DNA from: an uncultured virus (IMG/VR IMGVR_UViG_2061766007_000892)
Lineage: Duplodnaviria > Heunggongvirae > Uroviricota > Caudoviricetes
Strand: one strand, 5' to 3'
Length of the DNA: 64,000 nt
Virus record (IMG/VR): IMGVR_UViG_2061766007_000892
Positions 13,123 through 22,879 of this stretch are shown one piece after another. A model generated the notes under the pieces. The model saw only the letters and a list, made by a program, of their open reading frames with translations, had not been told where the DNA came from and ran no database searches. Numbering within the stretch: position 1 is the first letter of the stretch; every line of letters starts with the position of its first letter. The position numbers were made by a program, and so were the translations under genes.

Positions 13123-13544
13123 TTTGTAATCCTTTCTGCGGCGTATCCGCAATCAGTAGTATAATGAATATTTTTAATGCCAATTTCTTTTATTGCGGCG
13201 CGGCAAGCAGGGCAAGGTCTGGCCATTCCCAATTTACCATCTCTAAGTTCACGATAAACATAAAGATGAACTTTAGAAAAATCAATATCAAGATATTTAA
13301 TCTTGCGCAAAGCAGATAACTCCGCATGAAGTTTTTCAGGCAAATATTTTGAACTATCATCCTTATAACGCCATTTATTATATTTGGCTTGGTCAGTATG
13401 CGTGCGGTCGGTGTTAAAGCCTTTTGCGAGCACAGTGCCTTTATAGGATATTACCGCACCAATACGGGCTCGTCCGCAACCGCTATAATCTGATTTGAAA
13501 CTACATTCTCGTGCCAACCTAAACAAATGACTATCACTTTTCAA
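13119..13544 (-). CDS. cytidine/dCMP deaminase-like Zn protein
   Basis: HAELSAL and ARPCPAC motifs. Confidence 0.85.
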   Translation of the reverse strand: MKSDSHLFRLARECSFKSDYSGCGRARIGAVISYKGTVLAKGFNTDRTHTDQAKYNKWRYKDDSSKYLPEKLHAELSALRKIKYLDIDFSKVHLYVYRELRDGKLGMARPCPACRAAIKEIGIKNIHYTTDCGYAAERITK

Positions 13545-13614
13545 AATATTTTCTCCCTTCCTTTGATATAATCATTATATCATAAATTTAAGAGCTAGTC
13601 AAATATTGACTAAC

Positions 13615-14394
13615 TCAATAATCACTATCGGTACTATAACCATCATGATAGCCAGCATAATCAATAGCTACATAATGACCATCTATATCAGCAAAGTTAG
13701 CGCAATGGAGGTCATTAATGTCGTTCACATAAAGAAAATCAGTAACGAGTTGATACGCCTCTTCACCATACTGGCGAATAAAATCAACAGCCACAGCCAG
13801 ATTAGAATCTCGCATAGGACTTACAATCTTCTGCGCCTTATTAATATATTCGTTTTCATCCTGCGAACCCGCAACACCCATAAAATAGTGCGGCCGAGCC
13901 TTGGGATAGGCATAAAGGGGAATAGAAATGGTGATGTCATGAATCTCACCAAAACAATCCTCATTCTCCATAAAGTTCTGTTCAAACTCACGCCAATCGT
14001 AATCATACCAATTCATATTGCGCTCAATATCATCATAATCATAAAAGTGAATAGTCTTGGTATAAGTTCCAAGATAGACACATTCGGCAAAGTACTGTTC
14101 AATACCTGCGTCAATGGCCTTGTCATAAAGATACTCCTCACGCTCGCAGGCGTATCCGTTGACATCGCCCTCAATATCAAACTTAACTACATAGTCATAG
14201 TTATTATCAATGAGGCAACCGCGAGTCGCACCAAACTTCATACTAAGGTTCTCCGGGAAAGCAATATCATCTATGCTACCAGATGCACTCTCCATAGAAT
14301 ACGGAGCCTGAAAGTAAGTATTCCAGAACAAAGAATGATACAACATATCGTCAAAAATGTCAGAGAAGTGCTTGAAAACCTCATGCTTATTCAT
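13615..14394 (-). CDS. protein-kinase-like protein
   Basis: FGATRG, VVKFD, CEREEYLY, DLHCANF and IDYAG match kinase subdomains; has its own sigmaA promoter. Confidence 0.7.
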   Translation of the reverse strand: MNKHEVFKHFSDIFDDMLYHSLFWNTYFQAPYSMESASGSIDDIAFPENLSMKFGATRGCLIDNNYDYVVKFDIEGDVNGYACEREEYLYDKAIDAGIEQYFAECVYLGTYTKTIHFYDYDDIERNMNWYDYDWREFEQNFMENEDCFGEIHDITISIPLYAYPKARPHYFMGVAGSQDENEYINKAQKIVSPMRDSNLAVAVDFIRQYGEEAYQLVTDFLYVNDINDLHCANFADIDGHYVAIDYAGYHDGYSTDSDY

Positions 14395-14462
14395 ATAATG
14401 AATATCTCCTTTTCACTTTCTATATATATTATATCATAATTTTTATTTTTAGTCAAATATTT

Positions 14463-15446
14463 TTAATAATATCTTTGGACTATATATTTTTTAGCAAAAT
14501 GATTTTGAATTGCGCCTGTCGGATCAAAAAAATGCCAATTATTATTTTCATAATATTCACACCAAGCGNNNNNNNNNNNNNNNNNNNNNNNNNNNNNNNN
14601 NNNNNNNNNNNNNNNNNNNNNNNNNNNNNNNNNNNNNNNNNNNNNNNNNNNNNNNNNNNNNNNNNNNNNNNNNNNNNNNNNNNNNNNNNNNNNNNNNNNN
14701 NNNNNNNNNNNNNNNNNNNNNNNNNNNNNNNNNNNNNNNNNNNNNNNNNNNNNNNNNNNNNNNNNNNNNNNNNNNNNNNNNNNNNNNNNNNNNNNNNNNN
14801 NNNNNNNNNNNNNNNNNNNNNNNNNNNNNNNNNNNNNNNNNNNNNNNNNNNNNNNNNNNNNNNNNNNNNNNNNNNNNNNNNNNNNNNNNNNNNNNNNNNN
14901 NNNNNNNNNNNNNNNNNNNNNNNNNNNNNNNNNNNNNNNNNNNNNNNNNNNNNNNNNNNNNNNNNNNNNNNNNNNNNNNNNNNNNNNNNNNNNNNNNNNN
15001 NNNNNNNNNNNNNNNNNNNNNNNNNNNNNNNNNNNNNNNNNNNNNNNNNNNNNNNNNNNNNNNNNNNNNNNNNNNNNNNNNNNNNNNNNNNNNNNNNNNN
15101 NNNNNNNNNNNNNNNNNNNNNNNNNNNNNNNNNNNNNNNNNNNNNNNNNNNNNNNNNNNNNNNNNNNNNNNNNNNNNNNNNNNNNNNNNNNNNNNNNNNN
15201 NNNNNNNNNNNNNNNNNNNNNNNNNNNNNNNNNNNNNNNNNNNNNNNNNNNNNNNNNNNNNNNNNNNNNNNNNNNNCGACTTTCTCTATCCCAATTAATA
15301 AAACCTTGCTCTACTGCTGACTTATCATATTCACAATTTAATTGCTTCATCCATAAGAAAAAATCAGGATGACGATGGACTTTAAATGTTTGTTTTGTGC
15401 CATTTACAGTGGCACGACACGCCGCAGAAGTAATCATTCTATTCAT
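14463..15446 (-). CDS. hypothetical protein(s), largely hidden by a ~700-nt N-run
   Basis: Only the ends are readable. Confidence 0.3.
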   Translation of the reverse strand: MNRMITSAACRATVNGTKQTFKVHRHPDFFLWMKQLNCEYDKSAVEQGFINWDRESXXXXXXXXXXXXXXXXXXXXXXXXXXXXXXXXXXXXXXXXXXXXXXXXXXXXXXXXXXXXXXXXXXXXXXXXXXXXXXXXXXXXXXXXXXXXXXXXXXXXXXXXXXXXXXXXXXXXXXXXXXXXXXXXXXXXXXXXXXXXXXXXXXXXXXXXXXXXXXXXXXXXXXXXXXXXXXXXXXXXXXXXXXXXXXXXXXXXXXXXXXXXXXXXXXXXXXXXXXXXXXXXXXXXXXXXXXXXXAWCEYYENNNWHFFDPTGAIQNHFAKKYIVQRYY

Positions 15447-15705
15447 CCTCCAATAAACCCGTTCTTCGTACCATATCTTCCCATACGGGAGAAATATTTG
15501 TTGCGGTTTTCCACCACTCATTATCATAGATGTTATCTGTTCTAGTCTGGTCTTTATAAATCCATTCAGCTATTGGTGTATTTGAAACATAAGTTACACG
15601 CCTATCATTACAGTACAAACAAAAAGATTGATTTGGACTATAAATTCTATGGCATTTAGGACACTCCCATCCTTGTTGAACAAAACCATAATCAGGATTA
15701 TACAT
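15439..15705 (-). CDS. Zn-ribbon protein
   Basis: QQGWECPKCHRIYSP...CLYC. Confidence 0.7.
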   Translation of the reverse strand: MYNPDYGFVQQGWECPKCHRIYSPNQSFCLYCNDRRVTYVSNTPIAEWIYKDQTRTDNIYDNEWWKTATNISPVWEDMVRRTGLLEDE

Positions 15706-15889
15706 TTTTCTTCTCCTCCGTTATAATTCCATCATAATTTTTATCATATTCTATTTCGTTTGCGTGCTTACATAGCGGGCAATAAACCAAATTAGCACCA
15801 TAAATATCTGATTTATTGTAACTCAATAAGGCCCCACACTGTTCGCATATAAGTATGAGGCCTGGAAATGTGGGTGATAAAACTTGCAT
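15698..15889 (-). CDS. Zn-ribbon protein
   Basis: CEQCG...CPLC. Confidence 0.7.
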   Translation of the reverse strand: MQVLSPTFPGLILICEQCGALLSYNKSDIYGANLVYCPLCKHANEIEYDKNYDGIITEEKKNV

Positions 15890-15970
15890 TAGATACGGCC
15901 TCCTGGCCCATTACCATCATAAGTAGAATTATAAATTACAAAGAATATAATAAATAAACACAAAACTAAA

Positions 15971-16225
15971 CTAATAGACATCTACTATATCATCCTCATT
16001 ACAAAAACTATCTTCCATTACATCGTAATGCCAGCCTTCTTCACCCTCTGACCGCCATTCGCACCAACCACTATACCGCCCCACTTCGTCAGGAATATAA
16101 TCACTAATAAAGTAAGGACAATCGCGGCAAAAGCGAATATTAACAGGAGTGGAGTGCGCGAAAAGATACATACTTTCTATCTCACTCACTAATTCGCGCA
16201 CATCATCTTCACTATAATATTTCAT
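15971..16225 (-). CDS. Cys-rich protein, paralog of the next gene
   Basis: NIRFCRDCPYF...SGWC...SFCNEDDI. Confidence 0.7.
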   Translation of the reverse strand: MKYYSEDDVRELVSEIESMYLFAHSTPVNIRFCRDCPYFISDYIPDEVGRYSGWCEWRSEGEEGWHYDVMEDSFCNEDDIVDVY

Positions 16226-16536
16226 TCATCTTCCTCTCTAATGTCATCTTCATTACAGAAGCTATTGCTATTTACATAGACATAATACGGTTCTTCGTTA
16301 TCCATTGTTTCATAATATGATAAACGCTTACACCAGCCGCTCACCACAGAGGGGTCTTTCTGCCAATAATTAACTTGGAAACAAGGACAATCGCGGCAAA
16401 ACCGCACATTGATATTTGCTGGAACTGTTTTACCTTCTGTGAGATAAGGTTCAGTTTCATCTATAATATCTAAAATCTTATTGAGACGAGTATCTTTGAG
16501 ATATTGTTCAAGAATTTCTCTACTGTAATAAGTCAC
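16222..16536 (-). CDS. Cys-rich protein, tandem paralog
   Basis: NVRFCRDCPCF...SGWC...SFCNEDDI. Confidence 0.7.
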   Translation of the reverse strand: MTYYSREILEQYLKDTRLNKILDIIDETEPYLTEGKTVPANINVRFCRDCPCFQVNYWQKDPSVVSGWCKRLSYYETMDNEEPYYVYVNSNSFCNEDDIREEDE

Positions 16537-16539
16537 TTA

Positions 16540-17421
16540 TTAATGACTCCTTTCATCCGCATCGTGTAAAATAAGAACTTTCTTCCATAGTTCTTCGCCC
16601 AAACGCTTTTTCCACGTAGGTGCAGACTGTGAATCATAGGGACACATATGATAGTTAACTAATTGAATAGATTCTATTGACGCGCCCATATTCATAGCTA
16701 AGAATGCCCCATAGTTTTGGTGAGAATAGTAGTGTGCTACTCCCTTATCGTCATAGGAACGAGTATAAGCCTTACCAATATCATGAAGGAGAGCTGCAAT
16801 GCCGACTCTTACCCATTCCCCATCAGACAAATGCGGAGCATTGAAATTTTTTATGCAAGCGCTCAAATGATCGTACAAAGTGAGAGAATGATGCGGATTA
16901 TCCTGTGAGCCGGCCGCGCGCACATCACGCCATACATTTATCGTAAATTCTTTTACATCATATTCTGCGGGAGTAACAATTTCAATTACATCCCAACCTT
17001 CATTATAGACCGGCATCTGGAATTGCTTAATCTGCCGTTCAAAAAGCCAATCGGGCACCTGGCGCTCGCGCTTCTTATTCCACTCCTTACAAATGGAAAG
17101 AGGGGTGTTAAATACAACAACACGGCACTTAACATCAGGAAAATGACGCTTAATCTGATTGAGAGTATGAATACGATACCTCATACTAAGATTGGTAGCA
17201 CAATAAAAAACATTAATATTATGAGAAAGAGCAGACTTGGTGCGCGCGAACATTTCACTAAACACCTTATCGGGATTCTGCTGGTCATTAGCATCTTCCC
17301 ATAACTCTCTTCTTATTTCATCAGAATCCGCTACTATATCAGTAGCAATATTATGCTGGTTATAACACCAGCGGCTCTTACCGCTGCCACTGATACCTAC
17401 TGTCATAATAAACTCACACAT
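16540..17421 (-). CDS. polynucleotide kinase (P-loop) - HD phosphoesterase fusion
   Basis: GISGSGKS Walker A, DSDEIR, NKKRERQVP; HH..LYDH, LLHDIGK, HDAD. Confidence 0.85.
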   Translation of the reverse strand: MCEFIMTVGISGSGKSRWCYNQHNIATDIVADSDEIRRELWEDANDQQNPDKVFSEMFARTKSALSHNINVFYCATNLSMRYRIHTLNQIKRHFPDVKCRVVVFNTPLSICKEWNKKRERQVPDWLFERQIKQFQMPVYNEGWDVIEIVTPAEYDVKEFTINVWRDVRAAGSQDNPHHSLTLYDHLSACIKNFNAPHLSDGEWVRVGIAALLHDIGKAYTRSYDDKGVAHYYSHQNYGAFLAMNMGASIESIQLVNYHMCPYDSQSAPTWKKRLGEELWKKVLILHDADERSH

Positions 17422-17478
17422 AATGAATTATCCCCTTTCTCTTTACTATAATTATTATAGCAGAAATTAGGGATTTTG

Positions 17479-17685
17479 TCAAATATTTTTGCTGTGATAA
17501 TTTGGTATTTTTTCTTCGTTGGTTTCATAGATGAGAAGGCCATAAGTGCGACCATTATTACCATTTTTCGCGGCCGCCCATTTTATATCAATAATATCTT
17601 CTCTTCTTATATTATAAGTATTAATAAAATGTTGAAGTTCATCAGCATTAGAAAAATCTTCTACTTTAATCATTTTATTCTCCAA
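17479..17685 (-). CDS. hypothetical protein
   Basis: ORF track. Confidence 0.55.
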   Translation of the reverse strand: MENKMIKVEDFSNADELQHFINTYNIRREDIIDIKWAAAKNGNNGRTYGLLIYETNEEKIPNYHSKNI

Positions 17686-18233
17686 TTAATTTAGTAATTA
17701 TTTCTGGATATACTTCATAAACACTTACATAATAATATTGTGGTTTATAATCAGCATAAGAAACTGTATTTTTTTGGTAATAAATTTTTATTTGGCTTCC
17801 ATCATCTATTGTTAACCAAATATATTTTACATTACTATAACGTGGTTCAAGTCTATATTCTTGGCCTGGTGCAATAATAAATAAATCTTTGTTTGCTTGT
17901 TCTGAAGAAAATTCANNNNNNNNNNNNNNNNNNNNNNNNNNNNNNNNNNNNNNNNNNNNNNNNNNNNNNNGTGCTTTCTGCCGTAAGTAAAAAAGTAGGA
18001 ATAGTTTCAGCATAGATATTTTGAGCAATGCTACTTAATTTTTCAGGCAACTTTTTATATTGATACTTATTACTTAATTCATTGCTTAAAAGTTTCATTA
18101 TTCTGCTCCTTATAATTTTCCAGCAGCACAACCTCATAATTAGAGAAAAAATAACCACAAAACCAGCAGGTATCTTTAATCTCCTGCTGTTTCATGCGGC
18201 AGTTGCCGCAAATGTAGCCTGTCGGCTTCTTTA

Positions 18234-18485
18234 CTAAATGTNNNNNNNNNNNNNNNNATAATCTGCGCAATTACAATAATACTGCTCTTGTGGCGCGGGC
18301 ACAAGATGTAAACGCTCCTTATAATCAGCGGCCACCTTCATTACATGCATTAACCATTCCCAAGGATTCTCTTTTGCGGCAACCAGATTTAAAATGCGAT
18401 TATTCGCGCACTCCATAATGTCAAAAACATCATCATAGTTAGCTTGCTCAATGTAGTCTTTAATATTTTTATTCATCATCATCAT
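18234..18485 (-). CDS. hypothetical protein
   Basis: ORF track. Confidence 0.55.
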   Translation of the reverse strand: MMMMNKNIKDYIEQANYDDVFDIMECANNRILNLVAAKENPWEWLMHVMKVAADYKERLHLVPAPQEQYYCNCADYXXXXXXI

Positions 18486-18741
18486 TCTCCGAATAAGTGA
18501 GATAATTAACGATTATGCCTTCAAAATTTTTAAAGGCTTTCTCATAAGCAACCGTATCCGCAGTATCAATTACATTTTGCGCTTTTTGTAGTATTGCATA
18601 TGCAAATTCATATATCTCATCTTCATCAAAATCATAATTATAAATTAAACCATGCTCTACCATAGTATCATGAATCATACCTTCATGATTCATTGATTCA
18701 GCAAATAAATAGCAATCGCGGCGATAGATTAGTTCTTCCAT
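18469..18741 (-). CDS. acidic hypothetical protein
   Basis: ORF track, GGAGG RBS. Confidence 0.6.
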   Translation of the reverse strand: MEELIYRRDCYLFAESMNHEGMIHDTMVEHGLIYNYDFDEDEIYEFAYAILQKAQNVIDTADTVAYEKAFKNFEGIIVNYLTYSENDDDE

Positions 18742-19016
18742 TATTCCTCCACTGGCTCATAAGTCTCTTCAAATACATCGCCACGACAAGGATAATATTC
18801 GCCCATTGGGCCGCGAATAATCCAACTACCTTCTGGTGCGCGCATATCGCCTTCTAATGTAGAAAGAATAATTTCATTTTTACCAGTTATAACAATGGGA
18901 TTATTAATAACGAAATCATGTATTTCTTCAAAATTATCACCAGTCCACTGAATTGCTTCAACTGGAATAGGTTTCTTTACGTATCGCAATTCTTTTTCCA
19001 CCACCTTAATTCCCAT
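18741..19016 (-). CDS. conserved phage protein (KKP..VEAIQW / TLEG / YPC..D.FEETYE family)
   Basis: Recognisable widespread phage motif set. Confidence 0.75.
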   Translation of the reverse strand: MGIKVVEKELRYVKKPIPVEAIQWTGDNFEEIHDFVINNPIVITGKNEIILSTLEGDMRAPEGSWIIRGPMGEYYPCRGDVFEETYEPVEE

Positions 19017-19219
19017 TCATCTGGGTCTTTTTTATTCCACTCCTCTTCTGCTTCTCCTTCTTCCCATCCAGAAGCAGTATGGCCGCAAGTAAGACATTCA
19101 ATAAATTTTTCAGTTTTTTCAGTGAACCACATTTCACCATATTCATCGCGGCGTGCTAGGCCCTCTTCAAAAAAACGCATATGATTTTTGCCGCAAAGCG
19201 GACAATTTCGTAATGTCAT
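18977..19219 (-). CDS. Lar-like Zn-finger protein
   Basis: LRNCPLCG...IECLTCG...EAEEEWN. Confidence 0.6.
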   Translation of the reverse strand: MTLRNCPLCGKNHMRFFEEGLARRDEYGEMWFTEKTEKFIECLTCGHTASGWEEGEAEEEWNKKDPDEWELRWWKKNCDT

Positions 19220-19223
19220 TATA

Positions 19224-19499
19224 TTATTCCCTTTCTTTTGGTATGGTTATCATCCATTTTAAATTAGCGTTCCCAACATCTATCCAAGGACACCATTCTG
19301 GTCGTGGTAAATCCATCCATTCTTGTTGAACGTTTTTATTTTCTTTATATTCTGTCATGGTAGTTTGATAAATAGTCATATAATTACCATGACATATTCT
19401 AAACATATATATTTTTTCATTATCATTTGGTATGTCATAAGTGCCCATGCAAGGACATTCAAGACAATTCTTCGGCATTTCTCTATTGAGTGCTATCAT
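19224..19499 (-). CDS. Cys-containing phage hypothetical protein
   Basis: MPKNCLECP...RPEWCP. Confidence 0.65.
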   Translation of the reverse strand: MIALNREMPKNCLECPCMGTYDIPNDNEKIYMFRICHGNYMTIYQTTMTEYKENKNVQQEWMDLPRPEWCPWIDVGNANLKWMITIPKERE

Positions 19500-19801
19500 T
19501 ATGGTTCCCTCACATATGCTTTCGCGCGCATAATATAGCAATTAGTTAGTTCGTCATAATAAAAATCATAATAAAGTAAATTATATTTAAACATAAAATC
19601 TGCCGCTTGACAACAGAGATTATGTTTAATTGCTTCTAGTCTATCAGAATCTGGTTTTCCATATTGTGCATCAACAGCAAATGTTGCTGTTATAGGAAAT
19701 AATTGCTTTTCTATGCGGCAAAACTCTATTTTCTTTTTCTCTATGAGTTCATCTTGCGTGTAACCGCCAAGCCATTTGATAATCTTATTCTTGATCTTCA
19801 T
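19499..19801 (-). CDS. hypothetical protein
   Basis: ORF track. Confidence 0.6.
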   Translation of the reverse strand: MKIKNKIIKWLGGYTQDELIEKKKIEFCRIEKQLFPITATFAVDAQYGKPDSDRLEAIKHNLCCQAADFMFKYNLLYYDFYYDELTNCYIMRAKAYVREP

Positions 19802-20084
19802 AATTTACTCCATAAATGGCGATAGTAGGTTCTCCATCTATAATAATATAATAAGGAGATAAGCCCGAGCGATAAGTATTATTACCAATACTTAAATAAA
19901 CAATTTTTGTGTCTTTATCATACATGAGGCAAATAACACCACTAAGTCCTTTATCTTCACGTAATATTACAAATCTGCCATAAAGGTCTGTCTTGCTGCC
20001 ATCGGTATAGGTTTTGTGAGAACAGCCGCATAGCAACATTCCTATAAGAATAACCAAAATTAAAATTGAAATTATCTTTTTCAT
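19785..20084 (-). CDS. putative lipoprotein
   Basis: MKKIISILILVILIGMLLCGC lipobox; YDKDTKIVYL. Confidence 0.7.
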   Translation of the reverse strand: MKKIISILILVILIGMLLCGCSHKTYTDGSKTDLYGRFVILREDKGLSGVICLMYDKDTKIVYLSIGNNTYRSGLSPYYIIIDGEPTIAIYGVNYEDQE

Positions 20085-20088
20085 TTTA

Positions 20089-20277
20089 TCACCATAGCAT
20101 TTGGTCAAGATAGTCGGGTTCAAGATTAAGGTAAGATGCTATAATATCTTCACATTCCTGATAACTTCCGCGGGCGGCCGCATCCCAGAGTTCTTCTCTA
20201 CATTCTTCTACTAGGTTTTCTGCTTCAAGCCGCGAAATATGGTCTCGCCGCATAAGGATTTCTACGATTTCATTCAT
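20089..20277 (-). CDS. conserved small phage protein
   Basis: ILMRRDHIS...LNLEPDYL. Confidence 0.65.
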   Translation of the reverse strand: MNEIVEILMRRDHISRLEAENLVEECREELWDAAARGSYQECEDIIASYLNLEPDYLDQMLW

Positions 20278-21412
20278 CTTCTTCTGCTCCAATCTTAGTC
20301 GTTCCCATTTCTGCCATAAGATAAGAAGCCAAGGTGCGCGCACGCATATTCATCAAATAGTCGCTACCATCCTTTACCTTTTCATCTAGCCGCGCATACA
20401 AGTAAGAACGCACGATAGGCATGTAGGTGTTAGCATACATAGCGAAATCACGACGTTCTCCCATTGCCCCTACAACGCTACTAATTACCTTAAAGGCAGT
20501 CTCACATACTTCAATGTAATAGCGAATACGCTGAACTACATCATCAGTAAAGTCTTTAAACTCGGGATAGTAAGCAACGAAATCATCAAGAGTTCCCTGC
20601 TGATACATTTCTACTACGCGCAGAACAGTCAGCGGGCCATTACCGCGCATCTTATGTAATGCTATATACCAAGGGGTCTTAATTTTTACACGATGCCATT
20701 CCGCGTCCTTTACAACAAATCCTTCAAAATCTTCTTCAAATTCATTCGCGGCGGTAATACAATCTGAAAGAGAATAAAGATTATAAGTTTTAGGGTGCTT
20801 GATGTTTCCATATTCTAGGGCTTCATTATCCTCTTCAAGAGTAATCATATTGCGACGACCAAGATAATAAATACCTGCTTCATCATAACGCACACAAATA
20901 AGATTATAAGAAGATACCATTTCAAAGAAATAGCAATAATCCTTATCCAATTGATTTAATAGATTTTCATATTCTCGCTGGCCGCCAATGATGGAAATAA
21001 AAATTTCTTCAAAGTTGGTATTTGCTACATCTACATTACGAGCATATATAGTCCCATTACTAGATAATAGCCAATTATTATCAAACTTATCGTAAGCCAA
21101 ACGCATTAGACTACCATCTACCTTTTCACTGATGGTAGCAGTTTCCCAATTTAAATCATGAAGAGCAGAATACTGCTCTGCCGCGTTGAAAAACTTATAC
21201 ATGGCAATAGAAATAGGAACAAACTTATCATTTACGCGGCGGAAAATAGCACCACGCGCTTCTTGGCATAGCCGCAGACCCATATCAGAAATAAATTGCT
21301 GATATTTAAAAAGCACATAAGGGCCATCATGGGAAATTTTAAGTGAATACGGCATTTGAGAAAGTTCCTGCTCCCAATTTTCGTGAGAGTTAATATAATT
21401 TAAAAGTTCCAT
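20270..21412 (-). CDS. T4 Rnl1-like RNA ligase
   Basis: EARGAIF, KFFN, EKVDGS (motif I), FEMV, EGFVV, VKIK; has its own promoter. Confidence 0.9.
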   Translation of the reverse strand: MELLNYINSHENWEQELSQMPYSLKISHDGPYVLFKYQQFISDMGLRLCQEARGAIFRRVNDKFVPISIAMYKFFNAAEQYSALHDLNWETATISEKVDGSLMRLAYDKFDNNWLLSSNGTIYARNVDVANTNFEEIFISIIGGQREYENLLNQLDKDYCYFFEMVSSYNLICVRYDEAGIYYLGRRNMITLEEDNEALEYGNIKHPKTYNLYSLSDCITAANEFEEDFEGFVVKDAEWHRVKIKTPWYIALHKMRGNGPLTVLRVVEMYQQGTLDDFVAYYPEFKDFTDDVVQRIRYYIEVCETAFKVISSVVGAMGERRDFAMYANTYMPIVRSYLYARLDEKVKDGSDYLMNMRARTLASYLMAEMGTTKIGAEEDE

Positions 21413-21467
21413 ACTTTCTCTCCTTTCTACATATATTATATTATAATTTTAATAATTTGTCAAGTTA

Positions 21468-22490
21468 TTAAATATTCNNNNNNNNNNNNNNNNNNNNNNN
21501 NNNNNNNNNNNNNNNNNNNNNNNNNNNNNNNNNNNNNNNNNNNNNNNNNNNNNNNNNNNNNNNNNNNNNNNNNNNNNNNNNNNNNNNNNNNNNNNNNNNN
21601 NNNNNNNNNNNNNNNNNNNNNNNNNNNNNNNNNNNNNNNNNNNNNNNNNNNNNNNNNNNNNNNNNNNNNNNNNNNNNNNNNNNNNNNNNNNNNNNNNNNN
21701 NNNNNNNNNNNNNNNNNNNNNNNNNNNNNNNNNNNNNNNNNNNNNNNNNNNNNNNNNNNNNNNNNNNNNNNNNNNNNNNNNNNNNNNNNNNNNNNNNNNN
21801 NNNNNNNNNNNNNNNNNNNNNNNNNNNNNNNNNNNNNNNNNNNNNNNNNNNNNNNNNNNNNNNNNNNNNNNNNNNNNNNNNNNNNNNNNNNNNNNNNNNN
21901 NNNNNGCTTCTTAATGCTGTTGAAGCAACTTCTATGATATTTCCACATTCGCATTTACATTTACAAATTATACCGTGATTTATATTTCTTTTATTTGTCA
22001 TTTCAATAACAGTTAATAATCCAAATTTTTGATTAGTTATGTCTTTTTTATTAATTTCAGCGGCTTTTTGTTTTTGATAGCATCCACAAGAAATTGTGGT
22101 GCCATTAACCAATCCTCGTTTAGGAATAGATTTTATATTACCACATTCACATTGGCATATATAATAAAAATTATCATGTCTATTTGTAATTGAATGATTT
22201 TCATCTAATTGTAATACTGTAAGTTTATTAAATTTTTTTCCTATTAGTTCTTTTGCTTTATCTTTATAATTGTTTTTTACACTTTCTTTTGTCAATGCAT
22301 ATCGCATACAACCACAAGATTTAGGAGTGCCTTTTTTTAAACTAGTGCCGCGCACAGTTATAATATTTCCGCAATCGCAACGACATTTCCAATATGATTC
22401 TTTTTTCTTTAAAGTTGCTTCTTTTTCATAATCTCGCTCTAATACCGTTAAGTAATTAAATTTTTGCCCTACTAAATCTAAACTTTTCAT
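21468..22490 (-). CDS. putative homing endonuclease with three Cys-rich DNA-binding repeats (C-terminus in N-run)
   Basis: Repeated G.KF..LTV...C.C.CG.......L..G...SCGC. Confidence 0.7.
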   Translation of the reverse strand: MKSLDLVGQKFNYLTVLERDYEKEATLKKKESYWKCRCDCGNIITVRGTSLKKGTPKSCGCMRYALTKESVKNNYKDKAKELIGKKFNKLTVLQLDENHSITNRHDNFYYICQCECGNIKSIPKRGLVNGTTISCGCYQKQKAAEINKKDITNQKFGLLTVIEMTNKRNINHGIICKCKCECGNIIEVASTALRSXXXXXXXXXXXXXXXXXXXXXXXXXXXXXXXXXXXXXXXXXXXXXXXXXXXXXXXXXXXXXXXXXXXXXXXXXXXXXXXXXXXXXXXXXXXXXXXXXXXXXXXXXXXXXXXXXXXXXXXXXXXXXXXXXXXXXXXXXXXXXXXNI

Positions 22491-22525
22491 AATTATTCCT
22501 CCACAATCCAAAGAATTGTGGATAA

Positions 22526-22723
22526 CTATGACATAATATTCATCCACGCTTCTTTAAGTTCTATTAATGTTTTTTGAACCGCTGTTTCTACTTCTAATGA
22601 AACATTTTTAGTGCCATGAAGCCATTTATTTAATGTTGAAGGGTCTTTATTAATTTTCCTAGCAATAAAACTAATAGAAACACCTAATTTTATGGCTTTT
22701 TGTAATTCTTGTCTGACATCCAT
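22526..22723 (-). CDS. small XRE-like HTH protein
   Basis: GVSISFIARKINKDPSTLNKWLHG; similar to 211-414. Confidence 0.75.
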   Translation of the reverse strand: MDVRQELQKAIKLGVSISFIARKINKDPSTLNKWLHGTKNVSLEVETAVQKTLIELKEAWMNIMS

Positions 22724-22875
22724 TTATCTTTCCTCCATAAATTAAGTATTCTATCATCCACAATTTTATGACTTTTTATTTCATCCAAAGATTTTTCACT
22801 GGAATTATTTTTTTCTTGCCAGAAATCATTCCACCATTTCCAAAATTCATTGTCAATAGGATATTCTTTTGGCAT
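22690..22875 (-). CDS. hypothetical protein
   Basis: In-frame ATG after GGGGTGA RBS. Confidence 0.45.
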   Translation of the reverse strand: MPKEYPIDNEFWKWWNDFWQEKNNSSEKSLDEIKSHKIVDDRILNLWRKDKWMSDKNYKKP

Positions 22876-22879
22876 AATA

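Noticed and set aside
13606..14439. 277-aa plus-strand ORF and other long antisense ORFs (29234, 37145, 39909, 44505)
   Set aside because: They are shadows of well-supported opposite-strand genes that have promoters, RBSs and motifs.
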